A stretch of DNA of 64,000 bases from the human T2T-CHM13v2.0 reference genome, Homo sapiens, in assembly GCF_009914755.1 (NCBI RefSeq), contig NC_060928.1; one strand, 5' to 3'. Shown here piece after piece: positions 26,896 through 42,014 of the stretch. The notes under the pieces are model-generated. The model had not been told where the DNA came from. It worked only from the letters and a program-made list of their open reading frames with translations, and did not search any database. Position 1 is the stretch's first letter, and the number at the start of each line of letters is the position of its first letter. Position numbers and translations under genes: made by a program.

Positions 26896-27110
26896 AATAG
26901 CTGACTTGTAAAAAGGCTGATCAAGGTCCAGAGATTTCATTAAGCACTTTACATACATCATCTCATTTAATTTTCCCAATACTCTACAAGATATTTACTA
27001 TTTTAGAAATGTTGGCTAACATGTTCAGTGTTGCACAAACGGAAAATGGCAGAAGTAAGGCAATAAAAGACTGTTCACTCCCAAGCCCATACTCAGTGGT
27101 TATACTACCT
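26895..27110 (-). mobile_element. MIR
   Basis: taagcactttacatacatcatctcatttaattttcccaatactct. Confidence 0.65.
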
Positions 27111-27356
27111 AGACAGTCTCTTCTCAAATTGGGTAGATGGTAACACCACTGACTGAAGAAAATAGGAGAGGATGTGTTGGGAAACAAGCTGACTGTAATT
27201 AAAATAGTTTTCAAACATTTTACTGGAAATGGATATTATATATAAGTTATCAGTTTTATGACCTAAATATTAAAAATTTTACTGTCTCTCAAGTTAAATA
27301 GATCAGTGAATTAAAGCATGTAATAATATGCAGCAAATGGAAGTTAATTCTATTAT

Positions 27357-27672
27357 CAGTGTTTTTCAGCCTAGCTGCAAATCAGAATCACCTGTAGCAT
27401 CACCTGTGCATGTCCATACTTCACCCCCATGTAGTGGATATGTGGAGAAGTATCTATATTTTTCTTAAACTTCCCAACGAGGCCAATCCTATGAGCAACC
27501 ATTATATTCAGTTTATGGCAGTGTTTCTCACAATAGGAGGGTAGAACTAGCTGCTGGCATGCGGAATGTGGGAGGGCTTATTAAAATACATCTTCCAGAC
27601 CTATTCCCATTCTTCTAAATCAGAATCTCTGGGAGTGATGCCCAGAAACTGCATTTTAACTCTCAAGTGAGT
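27357..27672. mobile_element. Two MER5A/MER5B fragments
   Basis: cagtgtttttcagcc...atcagaatcacctg and cagtgtttctcac...aaatcagaatctctgggagtgatgcccagaaactgcattttaac. Confidence 0.65.
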
Positions 27673-28221
27673 TACATACAATGAATTTTGACAACTATTA
27701 GTATATGGTATTTATCTGCATTCATATTAAAGGATATTTTAGTGAAATCTATACCATTCATATTCCAAATGTATACAACTGATACTACCCATTGGGGACA
27801 TACCATTTTAGCATCTAATAATTTCCTGTTTCTTCTTGTTAAATGTTTAAAAATGTAGTACTTCATTGCTCATCATTCCTGAGTTAGTCACTATTGTGAG
27901 ACAGAGAGAACATGAATCCTTGAATCATCAGAAACTAGTGCTTGTTAATGATGTTCCAAACAATTTTTCATGTCAGAACTATACTATGCCATTCATAATA
28001 AATCTAGGCCATAGCATGTTTACAGGAGTTCTTTCCAAATAAGGCTTCCATAGAAAATATGTGTCAGATTTGTTTTCCTGTGTCAGAACAATGAGCACAA
28101 TATGAATGGATTTTTACTCCTTTGATGCTCCAAACTGTTTCTTGTGTAATGCCCAGGAACTTTGTCTCCCCTGGGGCTAACCTCTCAAGTGTCTATTAGT
28201 TAGGTCTGTGTGTCATTTTTA

Positions 28222-28300
28222 GCAGTACAGGATACGCACTACATAACTCCAGAGGGTAACATCCATACGGTAGTCTGTGATGTGCATCACGGTGCCATTG
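28222..28300. mobile_element. MER91-like hAT MITE fragment
   Basis: gcactacataactccagagggtaacatccatacggtagtctgtgatgtg resembles the MER91 arm and centre. Confidence 0.45.
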
Positions 28301-30324
28301 ATCAGAGGTATTATAACCCAAGGAAGTTTTTAAACTCTAAATTAAGCTTGTCTTTAACTATTTCTTTCTCATCAAATTGGAAAATATGTCTACTACTTGA
28401 AATGCTACATGTAAATTTGACTAAAATGACCTAAAAGTATATTAGTAAAGAAAAGAAAAGCAAGACATGTATTAGCCATAGACAATACCATTAATTTAGT
28501 TCATGAAAAATGTGATAAAGACTGGAGCAGCTGGTTTCAAAAAAAGCTTATATAATTTTTTAAATATTAAATTTTCATATAAACGTAAAAGTTCTGGTTT
28601 TTCCTTAATTTGGCTTTAATTTAAAATGTAAATATTTAAGGTTGGTTATTTTAGTTTTGACTGTTTAAGTGGATGTTAAGTAGATGATTTTTATTTCATT
28701 TTCGGAGGTATAGCGTTTATTATCACAAAAGCTGAGGTCTCACTTAGGAAATGGGTTTTCTATTACATACATATAAGTTGTGATCATGGAATCATTGGTT
28801 AAGTACAAGTTTTTATCAAATAGAATTTCAATATAAATTGCCACTTTATGTTTACATTGGAAGCAAGAAGGTAGTATTTCTAAAATGTTTCAAGAAATTT
28901 GCAATAATTGTTACCATTCAGAGATATCGAAATTTTAAAATTCCTAGTTATTTTTTAAGTCACCTGCTTCTATTTTATTTTTGACTTGTTTTGCTTTTCT
29001 AAGTCCACATATTTAAAAAGAGTCTAAAGAGTCTAAATGTGAAATATTAATAACTGAAAGTATTACGTTTTGTGATTTTATAGTAATTACATTTTCTTAA
29101 ATATATATTTTAACAATATTTTACATTACTCAGCATGTGATTATACAAAACAGATTTTGCAGTATGTGCTGAACATAGTAACTAAAAGTGGATCAAATAT
29201 TTCAAATACTTAAAGACACAATTTACAAACCCATAAACTTGTTTTATGTAATACTATAATTTTAATTTCAAAATGAAGACAATTATATTAATGTTTCTGA
29301 GCCCAGGAATATATTAAATACTGATAGTTCACATGAACAGTTGTTTATTTGGGAACCGAGAGCTCGTGAGGCCCACTCATATTCATCTTTTCCTTTCCAT
29401 TTCCCTGTCTCATTGATACTTTATAGAGCTATCAATAACTCTATGAGGGGTGGGGAAAAATAACACGTACTGGCCCACTGTGTGCACACAGTAGGTGAGA
29501 CAACTACTTTTAAAGGAAATGAGGAGGGAAGAAGAGGAGGCAAAACATAAATGAGAAAATTTTCTACTGCTTAGTAGCTCTAAAAAGCTTAATAAGGAAA
29601 TACATGACATTACTGATTAAAATTATAACTGGGGATTTTCTCTCCATTTCCTGCATTCATTGTGATTCTACCCACGATAGGTGTGCTTGATTATTGGACG
29701 TATTTTAAATAAAACAGAATTTCAACTGCAAGTAAACAGTGGAATCTACCTCTGCACAGAAAGCTGTCTACCAAAGTATGCCTATTCTATAGAAGGAAAA
29801 AGCTTCCTCTGTAGATGTGAAATGGTGGTGGATCTCTTTAGCACTGACATTACTCCTACTGTGATACACAAGACAACTTCATCTCAACCTTCTCAGTTAA
29901 ATCCAGGAGGGAATTTTTGGCCCAGAGTAAAGTAAGAAATGGAAGCTAAAGAGACCATTCCAAATCACTGGCATATGACAGTAGATGGAAGCGTTCACTG
30001 GTGAGGTTTACAAGGAGAGAGGAGTAAAAAGGTGAAGTTCCTTAAATCATTTCAGATGGAAAATACTTGCAGTTTGCTAATTGTATGCACATATGAAGAA
30101 GCATAGTGTTCAGTGGAGGAGGGGATGTGTTTTTGTTTTGTGTTTGCTTTTTTTCAAAGTGGATGTGTATTCCCAGTTCATTCACATTGGGTAATACTCA
30201 ATAAATATGTACTGAGTAGATGAACCGGTAAGTATTTCTAAGACTCACTTGTGATTAAAGGGACTGTCTGAAAGATTCCATGTGAGACAGAGGAGTCTTT
30301 AGGAAGCAGTGACATGGTCCCCAA

Positions 30325-30445
30325 GGCAGTAGTCTCCTCATCTGTTAAGTGACTCCCTACTTCTTGGGTCCTTGTGAGGATAGCTTGAATCCATAAAGCT
30401 CTTGAGAAAGTGGCTGGAACATAATAAACTCTTGATAATTCCTGG
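30325..30445 (+). mobile_element. MIR fragment
   Basis: agtctcctcatctgttaag...ttgtgaggata...ctggaacataataaactc. Confidence 0.6.
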
Positions 30446-30758
30446 TATAATTAGGCTACTATCAATGTTACAACATCTATTACTTAATGTGTGGTCATAG
30501 TGTTATGAAAGCTCTGAATTTTAGGTCTAAAAGCTCTCAATTTTGTGACTAAAGGAGTTTTCACTGAAAATGTCCAGTCTGTTTCTGACACTTTCCCACC
30601 AACCGATTCAGTGGCTCCCTTAGACTAGTTTCTACTTAGAATTGCTATGATGGAAAAGGGGTACACAGATTTAGAATGTAAGTGTAATTTCATGCCCATT
30701 ATATTGGACTAATAAATTATCACTAATCCTGGTAGTCGGCGGACAGGGCAGTTCTTAC

Positions 30759-30873
30759 CACATTTCACATATAGCAGGATCCAAACCTCATGGAACACTT
30801 TGGTTGAGCTGGGTGCTTGTCATCGGTACTTGGATGAAGGAGAGACTTGCACCGCTGGACAATGGCCAGCCAC
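30759..30873 (-). other. Candidate exon (115 nt)
   Basis: Acceptor tgttgaatttctgtag|G and donor GTG|gtaaga; GC/CpG richer than flanks; each frame hits a stop. Confidence 0.4.
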
Positions 30874-31130
30874 CTACAGAAATTCAACAGCATACTAACT
30901 CCAAATATCTCTGTTGTTCTCTTGTTCTGCATGTTTTTTTAAATTAGAACTGAAAATATTTGTTCCTTTCACTTAAAATCTTTATTCCTTAAAGTAGAAA
31001 GTTGTATTAAAGTCTAATATTCTGCCTTCCCACTTACTCTTTACTTTCCTTCACTACCAGTCACCCCATCCAGTCACTCTCCAAGTTCTGAGAATGTCAC
31101 TTTCAAATATCTCTTGAATAGTGCTTGAAT

Positions 31131-31375
31131 TTTTTGTTTGTTTGTTTTGTTTTTTGAGATGGAGTCTCGCTCTGTCGCCCAGGCTGGAGTGCAGTGGCTC
31201 GATCTCGGCTCCCAGGTTCACGCCATTCTCCTGCCTCAGCCTCCTGAGTAGCTGGGACTACAGGCGCCCGTCACCACGCCTGGCTAATTTTTTGTATTTT
31301 AGTAGAGACGGGGTTTCACCATGTTAGCCAGGGTGGTCTTGATCTCCTGACCTCCTGATCCGCCCGCCTCGGCCT
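31131..31375 (-). mobile_element. AluY-type, 5'-truncated, with 17-bp internal deletion
   Basis: Y diagnostics gttcacgccattctcc and gttagccagg; many CpGs retained; flanked by cttgaatttt on both sides. Confidence 0.9.
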
Positions 31376-31389
31376 GCTTCTTGAATTTT

Positions 31390-31460
31390 AATCTGCACGT
31401 ACATCACCTGGGGATCTTGTTAAAATGCAGATTTTGGTTCAGTGGATCTGGAGTCAGACA
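31390..31460. mobile_element. MER5A fragment
   Basis: atcacctggggatcttgttaaaatgcagattttggttcagtggatctgg. Confidence 0.7.
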
Positions 31461-31542
31461 CATTTTGTAAAGTAAACACAACTGAGTATAGCACCCACAT
31501 TAAAAAAAAAAAAAGATTATTATGAGCACTCCAGAAGTCAGC

Positions 31543-31862
31543 TGTAATTGGCTGACTGTTGGTTCCCAATGATATCAGGTTCTAATCCCTGGAAACCTAT
31601 GAGTGTCCTCTTATGTTGTAAAGTTTTTGTACATATAATTATACAAAGAATCTGGAAATGAAGAAATTGTCCTGGATTATCCAGATGGGCCCCAAATACC
31701 ATCACAAGTGTCCTTATAAGAGCAGCAGAGGGAAATTAAACACATGTGTGGACCTGCCAACACCTTCATAGGGGACTTCCATCCTCCAGAACTGTGAGAG
31801 AAGGACTGCTTTAAGTCACCAAGTCTGGCAAATTTTTATAACAGCATTAGGGAGCAAGTGCA
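31543..31862 (+). mobile_element. MLT1D-like LTR, internally deleted
   Basis: ttctaatccctggaaacctatgagtg...cctggattatccagatgggccc...cctccagaactgtgagag. Confidence 0.75.
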
Positions 31863-32279
31863 CTAGCCTTAATTCCTTTCAAAATAAACTACCTCTCATC
31901 CTTTCATGTGATTAAGACTTACATTCTTTTCTGACAAAACTTTTTAGGAAGTCTGAAAGAGATGAGTGCAAAGTCCTTTCTATGATACCTTTATATTACT
32001 ACATGATCTTTCTTGCTCATTTTCTCCTCTTACTTTTCCGTTGAAGATACTCTTACATATTGAGCATTGAGAAATTTCTCTATTTCTGTATCTCAATTAC
32101 TAGGCCTACTTGCTTAATTCATTAACTATTGCAATTATTAAATTGGTTCAGCACTTTTGCACTAAGCCTATGTATCATTAATTATAGAATTTGATTCTTC
32201 TAAATAATTCCTGGCTGTAACTAATATTTGAATAACACTTTCTAATACACATGTAAAGTAAGTTATTGAAATTTCATAC

Positions 32280-32789
32280 TGTATTGCTTTCTATGCTGCT
32301 TATAAAAAATTACCACAAAGTTAGCAGCTTAAAAAAAACACACTTTATTATCTTACAGTTTTGTAGGTCAGATATCTGGCATGGGTCTTGGCAAGCTAAA
32401 ACCAAACTCTCAGCATAGCTGAATTCCTTTCTACAGGCTTCTGGAAGGAATCATTTTTTTTGCCTTATCTAGCTTCTAGAGGTTGCCCACATTCTTTGGT
32501 TCATGGCCCCTTTCCTCTACATTCAAAGCCAACATGTTGAATTTTACCTGACCTTCTTCAGTAATCACATTGCCCTCTCTAATCACAACTGGGAAAGGTT
32601 GTTCCTCTTATAAGGACCCTTGTGATTATATTGGGCTGACCTGGATAATTCAGTATAATCTCTCCATCTCAAGATCCTTAACTTTAAGCACATTTTCAGA
32701 ATCCCTTATGTCAAGGAAAGTGACATATTTAGAGGTTCTGGAGATTAGGATGCATATATCTTTGAGGGGGCATGATTCTGCCTGCTACA
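32280..32789 (-). mobile_element. MLT1D-like LTR
   Basis: tgtattgctttctatgctgc...attaccacaaagttagcagcttaaaa...ggggcatgattctgcctgctaca. Confidence 0.85.
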
Positions 32790-33312
32790 TAGTTTCTAGT
32801 TATATAACCTAATTTTGATGATCTAGGAGATTTTAAGGTTTCATATTATTCTTAGAAAACAAACGACTTTTTGATTATTTTTATATGACTACCTTTATTT
32901 TGTAGTCACTCAATTAAAAAAAAGTTTTCACTGAAAGCATTACTCCTCCAAGCATTTTATTTTTCTGAAATGCTATTAAATATAATTCTAGGCTTTTGAC
33001 TAGTAGTTTTTATAATGAAATTGTTGTTTTCCTTAAACTAGGGATACATAATAATTTTTAATAATATTATTAACAAATATATTGCTTAGTAGCTTCTGAG
33101 ATGATGTCTTTTGAAGCAAATGATAAAATTGCCTTTATTTTTATAAATTAGAAAACTGAGATGAAAAGATTGGTTTTTATCAGTGCATATTAAGAGAAAA
33201 GAAAAGCTAAAATTAGAGGTCACAGATATTTTACCTGTAATTCTTCTTATAGTTCATTAAATTCTACTGTCACCAAGTTATCAATTCATTGTATTTGTTT
33301 TTAATATCTCTC

Positions 33313-34829
33313 TTGTTAAATTATGCTTTAAGTTCTGGGATACATGTACAGAACATGGAGGTTTGTTACATAGGTATACATGTGCCATGGTGGTTTGCTG
33401 CACCCATCAGCCTGTCATCTACATTAGTTATTTCTCCTAATGCTATCCTTCCCGTAGCCCCCCAACCCCCGACAGGCCCTAGTGTATGATGTTCCCCTCC
33501 CTGTGTCCATGTGTTCCCATTGTTCAACTCCCACTTACCAGTGAGAACATGTGGTGTTTGGTTTTCTGTTCCTTTGTTAGTTTGCTGAGAATAATGTTTT
33601 CCAGCTTCATCTATGTCCCTGCAAAGGACATGAACTCATTCTTTTTTATGGCTGCATAGTGTTCCATGGTGTATATGTGCCACATTTTCTTTATCCAGTC
33701 TATCATTGATGCACATTTGGGTTGGTTCCAAGTCTTTACTATTGTGAATAGTGCTGCAATAAGCATATGTGTGCATGCATCTTTATAGTAGAATGGGTAA
33801 ATACCCAGTAATGGGATTGCTGGGTCAAATGGTATTTCTGGTTCTAAAACCTTGAGGAATCACCATCCTGTCTTCCACAATGGTTAAACTAATTTACACT
33901 CCCACCAACAGTGTAAAAGCTTTCCTATTTCTCCACATCCTCTCCAGCACCTGTTGTTTCCTGACTTTTTAATGATTGCCATTCTAACTGGCATAAAATG
34001 GTATCTCATTGTGGTTTTAATTTTCATTTATCTAATGACCAGTGATGATTAGCTTTTTTTTCCATATGTTTGCTGGCTGCATAAATGTCTTCTCTTGAGA
34101 AGTGTCCTTCGACCACTTTTTGATGGGGTTGTTTGTTTTTTCTTGTAAATTTGTTTAAGTTCCTTGTAGATTCTGGATATTAGCCCTTTGTCAGATGGAG
34201 AGATTGCAAAATTTTTCTCCCATTCTGTAGGTTGCCTGTTCACTCTGATGATAGTTTCTTTTGCTGTGCAGAGGCTCTTTAGTTTAATTAGATCCCATTT
34301 GTCAATTTTGGCTTTTGTTGCCATTGCTTTTGGTGTTTTAGTCATGTAATCTTTGCCCATGCTTATGTCCTTAATGGTATTGCCTAGGTTTTCTTCTAGG
34401 GTTTTATGGTTTTAGGTCTTATGTTTAAGTCTTTAATCCATCTTGAGTTAATTTTTCTATAGTGTGTAAGATAGGGGTCCACTTTAAGTTTTCTGCATAT
34501 GGCTTGCCCATTTTCCAACACCATTTATGAAATAGGGACTCCTTTCCCCCATTGCTTGCTTTTTGTCAGGTTTGTCAAAGATTAGATGGTTATAGTTGTG
34601 TGGTCTTATTTCGGAGGCCTCTGTTCTGTTCCTTTGGTCTATGTATCTGTTTTGGTACCAGTACCATGCTGTTTTGGTTAATGTAGCCTTATAGTGTAGT
34701 TTGAAGTCAGGTAGTGTGATGCCTCCAGCCTTATTCTTTTTGCTTAGGATTGTTTTGGCTATATGGGCCCTTTTTGGCTCCATATGAAATTTTAAGTAGT
34801 TTTTTCTAATTATATGAAGAAAGTCAATG
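33313..34829 (-). mobile_element. 5'-truncated L1PA7-like element (ORF2 C-terminus and 3'UTR)
   Basis: ORF fragments [15 protein letters not shown] and [11 protein letters not shown]; 3'UTR ttaagttctgggatacatg...gtcatctacattag. Confidence 0.93.
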
Positions 34830-35529
34830 TATTTTTTAACCTATTGAGTGGATATGTTGCCTAAACATTAGAAAAAAGCAGGAACTCTTATCTGCTGATT
34901 TTGTTGATATGTGGATACTTCTATCTGTTTCAAACCCTTGAATTCATCAAAATCCATTTACATTATACTTTTACAATGAGCCTGGACTGATCGTCCTAGA
35001 CAACAGTGATACATTTCTTCTCCCAAAGACACACTGCTTATTTAGTTTATCGTTCTTTTAGTGCATACAAGCTGCACTATTGTTCCTCAGCTGCCTTGAA
35101 TTGTTTATTGCCTTTTATGTGAATTAAAGGTTTCCTTCCAAAAGAATTGTGAACTGCTTGGTGGCAAATCATATACATTATGCTTTTTCATATTCCTTTC
35201 TTACTTATTATACTGTTCTTCCCATTGTAGATATTTATGGTGTATTTGTTAACTGATGAGCAGTATCACATCCTCATCATTATTTTCAGCATCATCGCAA
35301 AGTATGTCCTGAGAAAATGACAAGTTGTCTAGAACATTGTCTAGAATGTCCTTAAAAACACTTACTATGTATTATTCTCCTGTCCTACATGGGGAAGGAA
35401 ATACTGTCTCTTGTTCTGTTGAATTCACAGACCAATTTGAAGTACAAAAAGGCTGTATGAACAAATGGAAATTTCAAGAGACCGAAAGGTTTGGCAGGTT
35501 TGCTTCCCTCTCCCTCAAGACTTTACTGG

Positions 35530-35645
35530 CAGCCTAACTTGAGGCAGGCCATGTCATCTCTGGCCATAAGTGTTTTCTCATCTGTAAAATGACCACTACA
35601 GCAATTTCTTTCCTGCAAACCCTATTGCTAGAATAAGCAGATAGA
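35530..35645 (+). mobile_element. MIR fragment
   Basis: gttttctcatctgtaaaatg core. Confidence 0.6.
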
Positions 35646-36859
35646 AAATAATTCACTTTAAAAAGGTAAATTCCTCATAAAAATCAAATTATTATTCATG
35701 GTTATCTCAAAGCCACATTCACTGATAAGAATTTGCAAGGGGACAAACTTCTTTGAAAAAAAAAAAAGATACTCTTTGTGGAATTCCCATTTTAAAAATC
35801 CCCCTAAATGTCTTTTAAGGTAATAAAAGCCCCTGATTGGCTTTACATAGCCCATATGCCTTTCTTGTGTCTGAGACCTTCAAGTCCCTAGGAAACATCC
35901 AAGAAATGACCAGGGTTCTAGCAAGGAAAAACAGGCCCACTCTGAAGCCTAATATGTCTTAATTTATTTTTGTCTTCCACTCTACAGATAATGAAACTGC
36001 TTTATGGGATTTTGTTGTGAGTTGCAAATGAGATAATTCTTGTGAAAACCCATATGCAAAGACATTGTGTTTAGCAGCTTAACCTAGAAAAATCTGAAAC
36101 AGTTCATGTCAGAAATTTGCTTTGTTGTTGTTAATAAGAAGTAATCTTTTTATGAAAAATATATGAATTTTACACTTTAGATTTGAGTGATCCACATTCA
36201 AATTAAGTTACCCATATTCAGAATATGTAACTTGAACTAGATGGTATATGTTGTGTTCTAATCTTCAATAATTAAGTACAGCATCAGCTACTTCTAAGGG
36301 TACATCTATCAAAAGTGTTTACCATGATGATAGGTGTGACTCAAATGGTAAACAAAAAGCAGAAAGAACTTAGATGACATGACATTTAAACTGACATCAG
36401 TGAAAGTAGACAAGTTGGAGTTTTGTCTTAAAGGTAAATGTTACCGGGTTATTTTGGCTTAGTTATCATGGTTAAGAACAAAATTATTTTACATGGGCAG
36501 ATAAGAAAGATAAACACACATTTATTATTTTTTTATCTTCAGATCACAATTTTCTATGTGCACATTGCCCTTAAACCACATCCTGCATGTTTTGGATTTC
36601 AGAGACTTTAAGATTAAGGGCAGTTCTTTTTATCTGCTTATTCTCATGGTTTGTTTTGATTTTTTTCCCCTAGCATGATACATAAGAGTTTTGAATTGTT
36701 TAAAGATCCTTCTGGACTTATGAGCAAAGGAAGGAGAGGATTAAGATGATCTTATTTTTATTTCATATTTATTAAGCACATAAGTTATTCCAGGATTTTT
36801 AGAAAATGCCAAACTAAAATAGCCTCCAAATAATTGGTTTGCCTTTTAGATTTTTAGAA

Positions 36860-37182
36860 GAACCATTCAAATGTCTCTTTAGTCCCACCTCCTTTCTTTT
36901 ATGTATGAGGAAATTTAGTCACAAAGAGCTTAAGTTAGTTATCTCTAATCAGAGAGCCGGCTCATGACAAAACTAGAAGTAGATGTTTTCACTCTCATCC
37001 AGTTGAGAATCCCTCCACTATACCAAACTGCCACTCAGGACAACTAAATATTTCCAATAAAGAAAGATGTATAATTACATACTAGAATGTAAGAACATTA
37101 AAGGTAGAAATAATCTTATTCATCCATGTGCCCAACACACAGTAACAATAAGCACTTTATAAATATGTGTTGAATAAATGAA
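36860..37182. mobile_element. MIR (minus) followed by an L2 3' end (plus)
   Basis: ttttatgtatgaggaaatttagtcacaaagagcttaag; actagaatgtaag...ataaatatgtgttgaataaatgaa. Confidence 0.55.
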
Positions 37183-38070
37183 ATGTTAACCAGCACTCAT
37201 TTCACTATATCACATGGCATAAGGAATCAGGGCATCATCGTTCACTGAGGTAAGCATCTTAATTGAAGACCTAGCTATTCATTTAGCCTAGACCCTATGG
37301 TCTCACTGGTAATAAGGCCACTAAACTCCACCTATCTAGGAGAGAATAACAACCTGTAGAGCACTAGTCTTGAAAATCCTAATTTCAAAATGACCATACA
37401 AAAGTTCCTGTACAAATACCATTCTATAAATCTTCACTGTCATGTTCCAACATAATCCCTGACTATATTGTTATGCTGCCAGATGAGCAGTTAAGTCTAC
37501 ACAGGTTAAGCAATTTCTATCACAATGGGATCTTTTAATAGTATTTTTAGAAACCAAATAAATAATTTAAAAATTACAAAATTACTAATAGTAATGTGAG
37601 TTATATCAAAGGTGGTATTAAGATTATATATGATCCCAAATTAGGATCCCCAGATAACTAAAACCTGTGTGATAATAACCTTCCCCAACATGTTCCTAAG
37701 ACAGTAACCCAGGCAAGTGGGTATCCTCTTTTCAAATGAAGCTTTTGTCCCAAAACCCAAGTAGGCCCATGGCAGAGCTAAGCTAAACCACATGAAAGAT
37801 TTTGCCTGTGTTAAATATTGTCTTATGTGACCAAAAACACTCAAAATAGATTGAGAGGCCTTCTTACCTCTTTTTAACCCAAGCCCTTTTCTAAATTTTT
37901 GTTTACTAGTATAAAAAAAAGGTCTTGGCAAGAAGACAACCCGGGATATCTTTGTAAGGCCAAGAGGAAACAGCCTAATCCACTCACCCCAGTATTTCTC
38001 AGTGTGTGAGCAAGGAAAAGAGACTGAATATCCCTTGCATGTCTGCTCAGTACCTATAGTGAAACCTTAC

Positions 38071-38150
38071 CGCTTCTCCTCCTTGAGTGTAGAATGAATG
38101 GGGTGGCTGGTGAGGATGGGAGAGGTGGGGGACTTTGGCTGGGTCTTCCC
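38071..38150 (-). other. Candidate exon (80 nt)
   Basis: Acceptor ttgctttttatatccag|G and donor GCG|gtaagg; open in all three frames. Confidence 0.4.
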
Positions 38151-38384
38151 CTGGATATAAAAAGCAAATTACACACAGATGAGAAGAGGCTACTGTATGT
38201 TGTTGAGCAATATTCATGGGTTCCCAAGTTCTAACTCTGACTTTTTACCATCTTCTACAGGTGAACTCAGCCAAGTCATCTAATAGTTTTAGCACAGACA
38301 TTGGGTCATGGTTGAGACCTCTTTCTTTTTTCATGTCCCTGGCTTATCCCTCCAGCTTTTCCTTACTATCAGAGTAGGAGAATG

Positions 38385-38630
38385 GCACTAGAGAACAATA
38401 GTGAAGACAACAGACTTAGAAATTCAGCACAGTTGGCTTCTAATTCCAGCTCTGTCATATATAACTTGAGAAAATTACTTAACGCCTCTTAAATCACAGT
38501 TTTCTGTGATCAATAAAATGGGGATAAGTGTGCTTTCTTAGTATGTTTTATTGTGAATGTAAAATGTAATAATGCACAGAAAGTGCTTAGCACAGTGCAA
38601 GACCGAGTTTGATCACTAGTAAATGTTATA
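38385..38630 (+). mobile_element. MIR, near full length
   Basis: taattccagctctgtcat...aaattacttaac...aaagtgcttagcacagtgc. Confidence 0.75.
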
Positions 38631-39083
38631 TTCTAATAACAATAGCCGAGGCTTGTGAGCTTAAGTGGGATATGGAAAGACACTTTTCAGCCAGCTGAAA
38701 TCTTAAGACTCAGGATTACCTTTGGCACCTAAGTAACAGCTGCCCCTTCACGTGATTAGGCTATGACACCAGAGATTGCCAACAAAACATCAGAGTAAGG
38801 AATATTTACTAGCCTGAAATGTTCATTTCCTTCAGACTCTTTGCAGCTGTGCATAGTGGATGACAGTGGATAAAGTTTGAAGGGGTATTCTTGCTAACTC
38901 CAATCTTACTACCATCCTTTAACCATAAAATACATTAAATGCCAATGTACTGCCTGAAACAAGAACAAATAGAATTTATGTTTATCTTGCTCATTTTGGT
39001 TGCAACAATTCTAATCATGAAGGGTTGGGGCAACATCTTTTCACTATTTCCTATGTCATTTCCTATGTCTCAACAATCTCTTC

Positions 39084-39773
39084 TTTTTTTATATATATAT
39101 AAATATATATTTTTATTATACTTTAAGTTCTAGGGTACATGTGCACAACGTGCAGGTTTGTTATATATGTATACATGTGCCATGTTGCTGTGCTGCACCC
39201 ATTAACTCGTCGTTTACATTAGGTATATCTCCTAATGCTATCCCTCCCCCAGCCTGCCACCCCACAACAGGCCCCAGTGTGTGATGTTCCTCTTCCTGTG
39301 TCCAAGTGTTCTCATTGTTCAATTCCCACCTATGAGTGAGAACATGCGGTGTTTGGATTTTTGTCCCTGCCATAGTTTGCTGAGAATGATGGTTTCCAGC
39401 TTCATCCATGTCCCTACAAAGGACATGAACTCATCCTTTTTAAGGCTGCATAGTATTCCGTGGTGTATATGTGCCACATTTTCATAATCCAGTCTATCAT
39501 TGTTGGACATTTAGGTTGGTTCCAAGTCTTTGCTATTGTGAATAGTGCCACAACAAACATACGTGTGCATGTGTCTTTATAGCAGCATGATTTATAATCC
39601 TTTGGGTATATACCCAGTAACGGGGTGGCTGGGTCAAATACTATTTCTAGTTCTAGATCCCTGAGGAATCGCCACACTGTCTTCCACAATGGCTGAACTA
39701 GTTTACAGTTCCACCAACAGTGTAAAAGTGTCCTTATTTCTCCACATCCTCTTCAGCACCTGTTGTTTCCTGA
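39084..39773 (-). mobile_element. L1PA5/6-like 3' fragment (~690 bp)
   Basis: ttaagttctagggtac, tttacattagg and cacactgtcttcc variants; ORF2 C-terminal peptides. Confidence 0.92.
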
Positions 39774-41269
<1,496 letters not shown>

Positions 41270-41319
41270 TCATACCACCATCTGCTCAAGTCCCACACTG
41301 TTTTTTTTTTTTTTAAAAG

Positions 41320-41765
41320 ACCGTTCAAGTTTTTCAGTGATGTTTTTAAAAATCTGATCATTTACATTCTGTTGCATAAAACTGTTCAATGACTTTTATT
41401 GCATTTAAGTTAAATTGAAAGCCATTATTAGAACCCACATGGCCTACAGAAATTGGTTCCTACCTAATCTCAAATTTTATTTCACATCATGCCTTCTCCA
41501 CCCTCTTCTCTGCTCTCACTACTGCTCAGCCACATTGACTTTCTTTCCATTTCTTGAACAGGCAAGACTATTTCCTGCCTTAGGGCCAGAGTACTTGCTA
41601 TTCCCTTTGCCTGGAATGTTCTTCACGCACATCTTCCCCTGGATTTTTTTATTATTCAAGTTTCAAGTAAAACAATTTCTTCTCAGGAAGACCCTATTCA
41701 ACTACCGTATCTGCTAGATTTCTTCCAATTAATCTCAACTTTATTGTTTTCACAGCACAGTATCT
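41320..41765 (+). mobile_element. L2 fragment
   Basis: tgctcagccacattgactttc...ttgctattccctttgcctggaatgttcttc. Confidence 0.75.
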
Positions 41766-42014
41766 CTGCCTATAATGTTGGTTTTGGGCAAAATAATTTT
41801 TATGTGATTATAAAATAGAAATAGAAATATCTAGTATATCAGAAATGCAAATAAAGCTCCTGTCAAATAAAGGATTACTAATAAATTGTGACTTATTTAT
41901 TATTGAAAAATTATTTTTTCTTTCTATCAAGCATGCAAATGACTCATGCTTATTTTGAGGTTAAATATGAAAAGTGGTAGAAGAAATACATTTTTATCTT
42001 CTCTTTTCTATAGT

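Noticed and set aside
38100-38165. Plus-strand TATAAAA with upstream G-rich NF-kB-like sites
   Set aside because: The kB-like sites are imperfect and the same bases are explained at least as well as a minus-strand acceptor; no independent promoter evidence
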